A stretch of 64,000 nucleotides of DNA, from NCBI GenBank assembly GCA_002633005.1, contig NMRA01000369.1, forward strand, positions 382,513-446,512. Direction: 5' to 3'. How positions within the stretch are numbered: the stretch's first letter is position 1; the number at the start of each line of letters is the position of its first letter. The stretch is from Phoronis australis (Eukaryota > Animalia > Phoronida). Below are positions 1-12,661 of this stretch, in pieces. The notes under the pieces were generated by a model that searched no databases, had not been told where the DNA came from, and was given only the letters and a program-made list of their open reading frames with translations. Made by a program: the position numbers and the translations under genes.

Positions 1-1951
1 AGTTTTACAAGTTTCTTTTTTATTACTGCTGTGCTTTTGTTCTTTACATTGTGAATCAATGTATTGTATGAAGTTCATCGATGTTAAAATTTCTGTAGGG
101 TAAAATAATGTCTACTCTAGGAATGTACAGTGACTATTTAAGAGAAGTAGAGTGATAGTGAATTGCAAATGAGTATCAGTTGGTAGTTATAACAAAAGGC
201 AAGGTGCAAGTAGTCTTTTTATGCTCACAACAAAAACTTAGAAAATCTCACCAAAATTGATTAGTTATGACAAGAACAATGAAAATATTGAAGGAAATGG
301 ATAATTATTGGGAAATTTTGCCAAAAAATGAGACTGATTTTTGAATGTTTGATGTCTCGATATTTCTTAAACTTTTCTTAAACTGCAAGTAGTGAAATTG
401 CCATTCTTTCAAAAATTGACGGCAAATTTAAATTTGTGAGAGAAGTAACAGTTCAGTCTCTACTGTGATCCAAGGCTGTCGACAATCTTACTTTAAATTA
501 TAGTTTGACTAGTATGTGAGCTGTATGTAAATGGTTGTAAAAGTGCTTTTTCTACCTATATTATTTATTGACACTTTAGTATCCTGATATAGTAGCAAAT
601 GAATGTGTCAGTTGCGCATTTGTGGCTAGATCCTGTGAGACAAGATGCCAACAGCAGGGCACAACTGCATTAGGTCAGATTAGACGATAATTTATTTAAA
701 AGTGTAATTAGCATTAGTTAAGTGGACTGTATAATTAGGTTACTTGAAATACTGCTGGGCAGTATGGATTTATGATCTGTCATAAAACATTCATGAGCCA
801 CTTAGTCCTGTAGTGACAGCGGTTCTCGAGGTGTTTTATACTTAGATAATGTACAGTTGCACGGCGTCATGGCAGCAAGACGACTCGAAAAATCTCCAGG
901 GGGTTAAAATGGGACTACGCTGTGAAATGATAACACAGTGGGGTACTATTTACAGAGCATTTGATGTAAATATAGAGAATGTGATATTCCGTTTTCAAAA
1001 CGTATCATTTGTCTGTGTACAACCCAAGAATACCTAAATTATGTGAATTTCGTTTGAAACGTCCAATTCCGTGAAAGGAATCGAATTCTTTGAATCCCGT
1101 CCATTTCTGTTATTATCAGAAAACGAAGGTCTCGATATGTACATCAGAGCTTATCCTTTGTGTATCATTGTGTATCATTGATGGGAGGGGTTTGTAATTT
1201 GGGAACTTTGTTGTGTGTAAGTTACAGGGTTAGAAAAATAGTACACTCCTTTTGTGAAGGTTGATCTCTGATGACAGGATCCGACTCGGGTCAGTTTCTC
1301 GACACCCAATGCCAGAGTAAATACAACACAGTGAAACTAGCAAACATCAGGTTGAACCAGGAGAGATTTTCAACCAACTTTTAATCAATCCTGAAAATAT
1401 CTGAAGAGCAGAGTGCATGGCTACACTATGTAGTGTTGTCAGAGTTTGGTCATGATTCAACCTACGTCAAACCTATGCAAATTGACACACTTTTAAGCAC
1501 ATCTCAAGGCGAGCTGGCGAAACTGTGTTAATTCAAATATATGTCGTAATTCAGCCAGTTAAATAACATTTGTTGACGGATTAGTCTTTTGAGAATATTG
1601 CGTGCAAGTTTCATGGGATCCATTTCCTTGTTTTAAATTAAACTTTGTGTACAAAAGCCGTTAACTTTGACTAGGATTATTTAATGGTGCTTTCTAGTGT
1701 TCGTTAGTATAATTAGTTTCACTACTTGACATGTTGTGAAACGGAAAACAAAGTCATCAATTATGTTTTCTATTGAACCTTAAATTGCAATATTGTGGCG
1801 TGCACTATTAATTTCGGGAAAAAAATTATTGTATGAATGTACATAGTCATGCTAACTGTAATTAAAGTAATAATAAATTGTAATCATTTTGTAAGTCAAT
1901 CCCAACTTCTGTTATATGGTGTATAGCGTCTTCTCTTACTCCTGTATTCTG

Positions 1952-2156
1952 CAGGGCTTGGAATTTTCCTTCGGTTTCAATTTTCTCTTATTTGATTTCC
2001 ATTTTTTGTCATTATTTTGATTTTTTTCATGCAAAAACATTTATTTCAGTTAAATTTTACAACACAAAAATATTTTTATCGCCCAAGCCTATTTGTGGAA
2101 CAACACATCACGTGGAAAATTTTCCTCTTTTTTGTCATTGATCATTCCAAGCTCCG
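1952..2156. mobile_element. MITE with CAGGGCTTGGAA TIR and 6-bp TSD (hAT-like)
   Basis: ATTCTG|CAGGGCTTGGAA ... TTCCAAGCTCCG|ATTCTG. Confidence 0.7.
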
Positions 2157-2541
2157 ATTCTGTGACGTGAATACCTAGGACTTATTTAAGACAAAGTGGT
2201 GACATGAGCCAGACTTGGACAAGATTGAATGTGTCAGTGCCATACCAATTAATAATTTTTGCCTTCTAGGCTCATGAACGACCACAGCTGTTATCTATTC
2301 ATTCTCGCCATTACAACCTGAAAGCTACACAATCAACCATTCTGTGCATACTGAGGATGGTTGACATTCAGTTGTTCGGTTGACATTCATTTGTATCAAA
2401 CGGCAAGCAAGACAAGTCATTCAAAGTATGTCAACTCCACCCGTATATTGCAAATGCACTTAATACGACAACTCCCAGCAGTGAACAGGTTTAGTAACAA
2501 TCCAACTCACAGTTCATTTACAACATTCACACAGTTCTTAC

Positions 2542-5500
2542 CTATGGCTGGTACATTTATGTGTAGTTCCCTTGACAACTGCAGGTACGTCTTGCCAAGT
2601 GTAAACACATTGACCTACAAATATAAATCAAAGCCTTTAAGCACTGAAATGTTCAATAACCAACACCACATGAGTTACGAACCAATTGCACCGAATTACA
2701 CAGAATTGTCGAGTTCTGGGGTTCTGCGAGGGGGGGGGTTAAGTGTGCAATAAACATGCACCTTGTGTCAAACATTGCCTTGATTGAGACCACTTGCAGA
2801 TATAAAATCAATCTTGTCATGTTCCTTGCTCCGATTAGAAATGATTTCTAGGTTTGAGAACTGACAGACCATCAAGTGACAGGCCAGGCTCCTTAACATC
2901 CTCGTCAGAGCAGGTTACTGTCAATTGCTGAAACTAATGGCCAACTGGGGAATGAAAACTCACTAGGTGGCGCTAGTATAACAAGGGTCCTAATCATAAA
3001 AAGCCTGCATTTGGGTAGTCATTGTGATTGCCCATACATGACCCCAATGTGATGATCTGCTTTCTGCTCTCAATCTATTCAGATGTTAAAAAGAGGGGCC
3101 TTTCTCACAAGCACCTCCCAAGTGTTAACAAAGCTTTCAAAAAGCAATTAACTTATGATGAAACTTGACGTTTTTGACACCTGAGTATAGTTGACACCTG
3201 CGTGCACTGCATGTCGCAGCTAAACCAATTTGGACTTGTTTACCACGAGCCTATTCCCAGGAATTGAGATCTGTCTCAACTTCCAAACTTTGAAACTTCC
3301 ACAACCAGCAAGTTAGTCAAAATTAAAAACAAAACTTAGGTCAAACCTAAGATCTCTTTCTTGAAATGGACTTGAGACAAATTTAAGTTTTACCTTAAAG
3401 TTGACTGAAATTTAAGATTCATCTTATCTAAGTCAATGGAACGAATCCCATGTTTATTACTGGAGCAAGTCCTCAAGAAACGGTGAGAGTGCTTTACAGG
3501 TAAATGAGACAATCGCTAATTGATCTCAATGGATTCCTATAGCCTAGTTAGATTACACAATTGTCCAAAATGAACCAGACTGAAATATTGGCTATTGTGA
3601 GGATAACCCTAAACTATATATTGCGTGACAACTAAAATCATGAGCCATATCCATTCATTAAGGGTTCAATTCAGAAAATATTGCTTTAAGGACTCAAAGA
3701 GCCATCCCTGGGTAACACTCGAGAGATGCTATTCTTACAAATGAATAGTGCCATCAAACTGAATATTGTCCAACACACAGGACTTCACGTTGTCAAGCAA
3801 ATGCAGTATTCAATTGCATGTAGACCTGAACAGTGAATTTCGATATGTGACCAGTCCACTCTTTTTCAAAATCAGTATCAATAAATAATAGGTATTTATA
3901 ATTATTCATTTCGCTATTCATCTTACAATTCGTGTACAAACCTTTAAATGCTAGTCCAAATGCACCCCTACGTGAAAAGCACCAATTGACTCTGTGCCAT
4001 CACAGAAGACAATCTGTTACATGTCTTGTGGATAGTAATAATCATTACAAAGGCCCCAGATCCTGAGAAACGGCAACACTTTGATAAAACGTGTCCACAT
4101 TTTAAGAACCAGTTGATGCTTGTTATTCAGAGGAGAAAACTAGTTCTCAAAATCGGGCACGTTATATCAGAAATAGCTCCTCCACTGAACAACAGGCATC
4201 TAACTGGTTCTCAAAATCCAGGACCCCTGTAAACGACTAACTAGTGCACTAGTGCCCCTTGAACAGCAGCTTGTCATGGTGAGAAATTCAACCCACAGTC
4301 TCAAGATACCCAGTGCCTTGAACACTAGACCACCATTGAAGCACTGTCAATAGATATCTCAACATCGAAAGAAGAGAAATTGTCACAAATGTTGAATAGA
4401 AATATGTGAAACGTACCTGCAAAATGTCACTAAAATCCAGTAACATGTCTGTAGAGTTTAGTTAAGGTTGACAGTACCAGGATCACAGCAAATCACCTTA
4501 AAATAAAACCACTGGGAACATGTGCTTACTAAGTCTATTAATCTTAAGCCCCACACAGCAGTTTCAGACCCCAATAAATAGAATTAACACCAGTGATTTT
4601 TTTCTGTAAAAGCAATCAATAAACTACATGGAATCCTTGGTGTCATCATGAGTAACTAAAAAATCAAATGCCAACTCTCTGTTTAAAAAAAACGAGTTCC
4701 ACCCTAAAACATGAATGGAAACACAAAGGGTTTCATGGGGAACATTGCGTGGGGCTTTAAAGTCTTACTGCTCTTGCACATGCAGAGTTCAACCGATGTC
4801 ACAGCGCCACCTATATGGAAACATGGCCCTGTAATGATGATGAAAGGCACATGGAATTCCGTGTGTGGGCTTCAGTGCGCATGTCTTGGTTTGGACGTTT
4901 ATGGTAAACATATGTTGTGGGAATGAACTGGAAATTATAGTGAATTGTTTAGTTGTATGTTTGACGGCTTGTAATCTTGCATGCGCCTGAACTATAGACT
5001 TAGTGCATGTTAAAATAAAACTGCGCCACTGTCACAAAAATAGACTCAACTTTGAACATTGTACATGGGTATTAGGATTCAGAATAATGGCAACTGCTGA
5101 TTTGAGAGAAGTAAAAAAAATCATTCCATGATTTTAGACTCCATTAATTTATGTCTCATTAGTTTTAAACTTTTAGGTAGAACTTCAAATTTCTCAGGAA
5201 ATTAATACCTTATTTCCCAATGTATGGATATTTTAGGGCACCTTCACTTCCCCATTTGTGTGCCACTCTGGACTACTCATGCCCAAAACTCTATTTTTAC
5301 ACACAATATTCCCCTTCATTCATATTCTATCTTCCCACACCCACATTATGTGCTCGTGTACAAACCAACCCTCCTCCCACACATTATTTGTGACCCAAGA
5401 CGCTGGTTTTCTAATCACAAAGTTTACAAATTTGTATTAACCTCACAGGGTTGCTGTTTAATTTTTGTTCAATAAAATATCTGAATAACTTAAAATCAAA

Positions 5501-8500
5501 TAGAAATTATCTTTTTTTAATATATACTGTGAATGTTACCTAGTTTATTGTCGATCGTTTACCAATACTTGCACATATCAACATTGTTGAATACAGAGTG
5601 CATTAAATAGCACTTGCACTGCGTCATTAACAAACATTGTCAATTTATGAATATTTGCTTCATTTTGGATTTCATTTTTACACATTCAAGGTAGTAATTG
5701 TGAAGTGATTTTTTGAAAAGGACATCAAAAACTGGAAGGGATGTGTTTAGAGAGACTATTCATATTCAATTTGAGTTGTAATAGATTAAAGTGGCAAGTG
5801 AGAATATAGAAAAGATTTCACGGACAGGCGAAAATGTATGGGAACAGGGACGTCCTGTGTGCGTCCACAGAAATATCTCCACAAGATATGAAAAAAGTGT
5901 GGGAGGGGGGAAATAGGCATCCGTGAGAGGGCAATAGTGTTAGTGGGAGAAATAGTGCGCAGGGCCAGGCCTGGGGCACATGTGAGTAGGAAAGTCCAGC
6001 AGCCCTGCATTTGGAAACCAAAAATACAGTAGATTAAAAAAAACAGAACAAACTTTTTCCAGAACTTTTGAGAGCTAAGCACATTACTTGGGGATGAAAT
6101 GGAAATTTTGTCAACATAAAAATGAACTTGTCGAAACTATTTTTTTGACACTATTGTACTAAACTCACTAATGGTCAACTGGAAATTTACTAGGTCATGC
6201 TAACGTATAAAGGGTCCTCTTTTTAGCATTGAATAGGTTGAGCAGAGTAGAAATAGAAACTAGGTCATCAACAGGGGGCACTTGTGGGATAAGAGTTCTA
6301 CTTGGTTACCTGAATGCATGTACTTCTCTGGGTTTGAATTCTTTTTTCACCAGCACCATGTAGTAAATTGAGTTCCCACTCTTTTAGGCAAAGAAGATAG
6401 ATTGACAGATTTCCAGATAAGAGCTACAAGCGAAAGCGCGAGAGCTTTTGACGAAACTTAACAAGTACACCGCCGCAGTTCTGCACTTCATACAGTTGAC
6501 TGTGCAGCGCCTGCACTGTCTCAGCTATGACTGGACTTTGATAAAACAGACCCCGCGTTGTCAAGACTGTAACTGTCACACCTCTTTATAATCGAAAAAG
6601 GAAAGGATACGTGGCGTGCCTTCAGTACGACACACGAGGTACAGACAGGCTGCGACTACGTAAGCTGTCTTTCGTCCCCTGGTGAGACGTTTTACGACTG
6701 CCATTTTGAAGAAATTAAACGCAGTGTCTATGCAATGCTGGTTCAGCCTGAGTTGGCCACCCAGTTCTTGAATTTTCTTTTTACCTGAAAGCAATAAAAC
6801 ATTTAGTCAAATATTGAGGAATTGAAACTGGCATCTCAATCAAATGTCCGCAAATAGTTATTAAACTTCAATATCACACCTTTGAGAGCTTCAGAAATTA
6901 TAAGCTTTCAAATCTGGATGGACGAATGTTTGTACATTTAGTCAGCATATTTATGTCTTTTCGGCACTCATGCACAGTAGTACTGCATGTTCCATTTCGT
7001 CAATATACAATCAGTGCAGATTTGTCGTCTATCAGTTAATTACTTATTAAGACAAAAATCACTCAAAATGAGGTGCATTCCACGGTATTTGTGCCATGGA
7101 CTTAAAAATTTCAAGTCACCCATTAAACTTTCATTTTGATGTTTACACATAGTTTAATCATTGAATTTTGTTGTCTGCAGGTCCATTTTCTGTTAGTCTC
7201 AAAAGTTTTGCTTTTATCGGACAGTTTATCTCTTATTTGTAAAATTGTGTGTTACAGATGTGACATAACATTTTTCATAATTTTTTCTACTCACATGAAG
7301 AAATTAATGCCAATATATCATTTACTACACAAGAAGTATACTAACAGTTGAAACTACCTGATTTTTTGTTAATTAGTATTTCCCATTAAACTTTCAAATT
7401 AATGAAAGTCACATCTGTAACATTTAAGTAACAAAAGTTTTGATTTTAGCAAAAAAAGTAAATCAATTTTAACACAATATAATTTCCTCTTTATTCACCC
7501 TAATCAACAAAATTGAGCAAAATTTCTCAAGGGTATCTCAATCGTTTTCAAAACAGTTTGTTACAGATGTGACATGTTGTAAGAAATGTGACCATCTTTC
7601 ACAGCCACAAAGTAAAGATTTCCTTTTTAAAAGGTGTGTATGACCAATTTGAACAAATATCTATGAAGAATTGTTAAAACCACTGTTAATCTTCTACTGA
7701 GCCAAGAACTCCCCGTTTAGCGATAGTTCAAGGCTAACGTTGACACACACTGTGGTGAAGAATATATGCACTGAAAGTCCTCCTCATTCACCACAGCCAC
7801 CAGCTGAAAATCCACAAACTTCACCCGAAGCACCAGCTGAAATCCGCCCAATTCACCAGAGGCATATCCTCCTTCATCAGAGGCTCTGATCAGTGTTTTT
7901 TCAGTCAGTGATTATGTGATTGTTGAGTTCAGAGGTATTCGTTTCAAGCAAGGTGTTCCACCAAAACTGGAATTATGGTGTAAAGCAGATATCCCAGAGT
8001 CAAAAACGTTCTACCGCACCTTCAAAACAGCTAACCAGCCCGAAAAACACAAACCCCGACCTCTAAAACAGAAACCCTGGGGATCGGACAAGACACCCCC
8101 AGCCGAAACACTTGCTACTTGCTTTCCAACATTATTCGTCACAAGAAAATAGTGCTTTAGTACCTTTAAAGGGGTTTGTGTTCATACGAGGTTATCAAAT
8201 TCACATTTTGATGAAACGATAAATCTTCCTATTTTTAATAGTTGATGTGATATGTTGTTTTAGACGACTTATGACCGATCTCTAGCAATACAAGTGTTGA
8301 TAATTAAATCGCGGACATGTACAGTGTACTAGACAGGGTGAACAATGAAAGATGGCATGTGCTTGTGTGGTGGACGCCACAACGGTCACAGAATTCAGAG
8401 GAATGATGTACCAAAAACGATTGTGAATGTGTTGAGTTCAGAAACTCCGATTCCAAATTTAGGGAACATTGAGGAGTTGAAGTACTCGTTTTGAGGACAA

Positions 8501-11480
8501 GAACAGTAAATTTGGTGACCACAAATTGCACGATTTTCAAGCAACAAGTCATAAGTTACGTTTTATTGTTGTCAATCTTTAACAAATGCTGAAAACAAAT
8601 GGAAAGTACTTGAAAATGCACAGTTTGAGGCTATTGACGTTGACTTATAAAATTTGAAAAATTGTCCAGGTTCCCTGTTCGATCACTGGGGTTAGTGTTT
8701 TAAAAGTCTAGGTTTGTGTTTTTTCGGGCTGGTTAGCTGTTTTGACTCCAGGATAAATTGTTTTACACTAAGATTCCAATTTCAAATGGAACAATTGCAT
8801 CCTACGTTGCACAAACCATGATGGTTGAAAGAGATGGCATCGAAGTCACTGTCATGAGAGTGACAGTTAACAAGACTGCATTCAGTTTACCAGCACATGA
8901 CGACACCACATGGTTTGACTTGGACCAAATAATCGAAAAACTCGGCATATCGATCACTGCTCAGAATAATTTGCAAGGATAAGCAACTGTCGCAGCCTAA
9001 ACGAAATTTAATCCTTAGACTTAAGATCAGTACGTCTGGTCAGCATTTCACATCACTTTGTAATTGTAGGTGTATGAGTGTTTATGTTGACCTTAGTTAG
9101 TTGTACCTGATTTGCTCCTGTTACTAAACTCAATTTTTTCAAGGTGGTTTAAGGACTTACTTGGTATAGGTTTTGTACTTTTCTCTCAGAGACCACAATT
9201 TCATAATGAAGCTCAAAACAGGTGCATGGCAAACAAACAAAGTAAATTTTAAAACTCCATCTATCAAAAACACTAAAATGGTTTGTCCACACCCCTTACA
9301 TGCAAGTGCCAAATAGTCACATCTGTAACAGTCACATCTGTAATGCACATGGTTTTTTTAAATTGCTCATAATTATACAAAGACCTGATTTTAGTTCAAA
9401 AACCTTTTCTTCATGTGATAGCCAAATAAATAGCTAAATTATCTATAGGGAAACTAGTTCCATAATATGAAAAACTGAACAGAGTTTTTAGACAAACCAT
9501 CATTAGCATATTGACCATGGCTTTTTTGGTCACATCTGTAACACTAATTAAAAGTAAATTTTAGTACACTTATAATGTGCAGAATTAAAACATTTTGATA
9601 CTTGAAGTGCTTCCATCAAGTGGGTAATGTGTACTTAGAATTTCTTACCACTGTGATGCTTCACTAATTTTATATATGAATTTAAATTGTCTGAATGTCA
9701 CATCTGTAACAAAACCAATACCGTGGAATGCACCATGAGCAAATTTGCAAGAAAGCAATCATCCGCCAAATTAAAGTGCCGCTGTACAGATCAGTAACGA
9801 TACACTTTCTTGGCAATAACTCTTCCATGTACAGTGATTACTTAAAGTCTACAGTACATTGTCTTTCACTGTCAGATTGAAATCAATTTGAAACCTCTAC
9901 GTATGAAATGGCAGAGAAAATCTTTACTCACTTCCAGCCAAGTGTTACATGATGCAAGTTGATTTGGGTTTAATTCTGCAAACTTTTGTGAGAACGAATG
10001 ATTTAAGGAAATCCTGAGAGGTTTGCTGTGTAATGCGGTTTGACAAAAAGTAACTTGGAAAAAAGTTTACTTACAACAAAGCATAGGGCGGATGTACGAA
10101 CATTGAGTGAGGAAGACCTTTAGAGTGAGGAAGAAACATTTGACCATTTTCAATGACATGCTTTCCTGTAAGAAACCTTTTCTTTTCACCCACACCAGAA
10201 ATCAAAAAAAAAACTTTTCCATCATAATATTTAACTTTTGGGTAAAACACTATTTGATTTAATACCATTTTGGAGGGTTATAGCTCTCGATTCTTTGCCA
10301 AAGCCATGGTGAAAGCCACTTCCCATACTGTGAGATTTGGCGCCTGAAATGTAAATTCAAGTTATTAAATACCATGATAAGAACTAAGAAAACTTATAAA
10401 AATATACTTTTGGTATTCTATAATACCTGCAAGTTAAAACCGTGCAATTAATCAGTCCTTCTCTGAATAAACATTTTCATTTTACTTGCTGGAGTTTCCA
10501 GTGTTCTACACCATCTGGTAAAATGCGTCGCCACAATCTATTTGTCAGCAGATGTGAAACGTATGAACAGCCCGTGACCTGCTTTAAATTAAAACTTTAC
10601 AACAACTTACCAATGCCTGTTGAAGTACATAGGGTGATAAGACAGGTAAATGTACACTTAAGAAAGTACAACTGTTGGTACAGTAAAGGGACACAACGAA
10701 ATTTTATTTCATGATTTTTTCCATGAATTATACGTAGTACCAAGTTAAACGATTTCCATACATGTGCAAGTCTTGTAGCACAGCTACCATCGATCAAAGC
10801 TTTGAAAATTTGTGGGCATTTAAAAGACCTTGAAAAAAAGGAAAAAGGCCATTTTTGGTAATATTTTTTTTCCAAAATTGGTGAGGTTATACTGTACATC
10901 TACGCTATAGAGATCAGCTGTTGCATGCTTCCAGCACGTTGGATGGCATTTATGCACTTCTGACACATTTGAGTCTCAGGTGTGGAGAGCACTGAATGAC
11001 TTATAACATCTCAACAGTTTTGTGTACAAGAGGGTAGACAAATGAAATTTTGTATTTCATTTTTACATAAACAGTAAGTATCAATAAATAAGCGCTTAAC
11101 TGTTTTAAATTGTGTTGAAGCTATTATCGGATAATTAGAAGAAATGCTGGACATTCACAAAAAATTAGAAGCTCTGCAAAAGGTGAGTAATGGACATTTC
11201 TGGTAATTACTTTTTGAAACTGGCGAGATTTTATACTAAGATTCAGTCTTTCATCAAAGCATATGGTGTCTCTATACTGCATCAAATACACACCTTCACT
11301 TGAAACATACTGCCCAATGACAGAAGAAGCCCCAGCACTGTTTTCTTGGAACTGAATCTCCGAGACGATAATCTGATCCTCCAAAACAGAGCCACAGTTG
11401 GTACAGACTGCGTCGCCACGAGCGGGGTCAGTGTCGATCTCACTGCACCCACACTGGGTACACACCAACCCACTAGACAT
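2542..11480 (-). CDS. BRF1: Transcription factor IIIB 90 kDa subunit (BRF1), 5' part; gene continues beyond the left edge
   Basis: Spliced exons 11294-11480, 10266-10343, 6611-6784, 4417-4448 and 2542-2614 join in frame: [181 protein letters not shown](D). This is a TFIIB-type Zn ribbon plus the first cyclin-fold repeat, recognisably BRF1. All junctions are GT-AG. The next exon (DPCLY...) was not found in 1-2541. Confidence 0.96.
2960..2977 (+). promoter_or_regulatory. CTCF-like site in BRF1 intron
   Basis: CACTAGGTGGCGCTAGT closely matches the CTCF core; similar motifs at ~4802-4818 (-), ~6268-6282 (+) and ~63671-63687 (-). Confidence 0.45.
4449..6610 (-). other. U12-type (minor spliceosome) GT-AG intron in BRF1
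   Basis: Donor GTATCCTTTC (6610-6601); branch site CCTTAAC (4467-4461) about 12 nt from the CTACAG acceptor; no long polypyrimidine tract. Confidence 0.93.
7072..9734 (+). mobile_element. Internally deleted DNA transposon, 18-bp TIR, 4-bp TSD (possibly Sola-like)
   Basis: ATGA|GGTGCATTCCACGGTATT ... AATACCGTGGAATGCACC|ATGA. Seven subterminal GTTACAGATGTGAC motifs. Residual coding-like segment ([10 protein letters not shown]... / ...[19 protein letters not shown]...[21 protein letters not shown]) split by a nested insertion. Confidence 0.85.
7954..8793. mobile_element. Nested non-autonomous element with long TIRs (family shared with 60725-61623)
   Basis: TGTTCCA...AAAACAGCTAACCAGCCCGAAAAACACAAACC on the left and its reverse complement at ~8697-8793. 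Confidence 0.75.
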
Positions 11481-12535
11481 GGTCTGGAAGAGAACCAACA
11501 ACTGGTTAGTAACTGAATAGGACATGACTAGTTTTAAGGTTATGTGGGAACCTCCAAAAATGCGTAAATTTGTTTAACTGCAAAACATCATATCATTCTC
11601 AGGAATGACAAAAAAGATTCAGACGAAACATTCAGATACTATGCTATTACACAGTTTTCCATAACCACACTAACAATTATTTTAAAATGTTCCATTTTTG
11701 CATGAGGAGATATCAAGAATTAACATTTTAATAATTTTTATGAAAAAAATCGAGAGTTGCATAAAACAAAAAACGAAATGATACAAAACAGAGTTTTTTG
11801 AGATTTCCTCATGAATGTTTTTATCAAACAAAATTTGGTCAAGTTCTAAGTACTGTAATTGTTTTGGTATGAAATTATTATACCTTTCTTTCTGCTAATG
11901 CGTGGGCTTTTTGGGAACATTTTTGTGCTTTGACCGCGAATTTGTTGCGATCTCGCTGGAGCAGGACACTGTAAATGGTATTAGAAGAAAGTGCAATTTG
12001 CTAATGGTTTGGTGAAACCCTGTTTTGTATAAATTTATTGAGTTTTGTGTATGATATGGACGACAGCTGAAGAGAAGCACCCATGGAATTCCTTGTCCCG
12101 AGTGTCATACCTTGTAGTATATGTAGTGTGTTGGGGACATTCAGAAGCTGAGCACGCCTGTGAGGCCATAGGGACAATGCAATACAGACACATGTGAAAT
12201 GATATTTTGCGGTCATACCAGGATCTTCACTTAATAAGCAAACAAGATTCCAATTGTATCCAAAATGTAAATAAATCCCTATTCAGAGTTTCAATACTAA
12301 AATAATTCTTCAAACCATATTTCACGCATACACTACCTCGCTAAATTATGAAATCGCAAGAGGTGACGAAAGCATAGTTTGGATGCTCAACTATGTCAAA
12401 AAACTTAATATCCATCTAGTTAAGACTGTAACCAAAATACAGATTATCCTCATGAAATGCTATTTTCTTAAATTTCGTCTTCGGTCTTAACATAGCCCAT
12501 ATTTTGGTCTTAACATAGCCTGAACTAGTCTTAAC

Positions 12536-12661
12536 CAGGGGCGAATCCACAATTTTGAGTTGGGAGGGCAGGGCGGAGTATTAGCCAGGATTTTGACTGT
12601 CAGACATTCCCACCCCCGGACTGGGAGAGTTTAAGCCCCCCCCCCTCTAAATCCGCCACTG
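12536..12661 (+). mobile_element. MITE, CAG..CTG termini, 5-bp TSD (copy 1)
   Basis: TTAAC|CAGGGGCGAATCC ... AAATCCGCCACTG|TTAAC; internal AGTATTAGCCAGGATTTTGACTGTCAGACATTC shared with copies 2 and 3. Confidence 0.8.

Noticed and set aside
6421-6591. 56-codon plus-strand open frame ([16 protein letters not shown]...)
   Set aside because: No start codon, preceded by TAA, no convincing acceptor in the right phase, and no recognisable homology.
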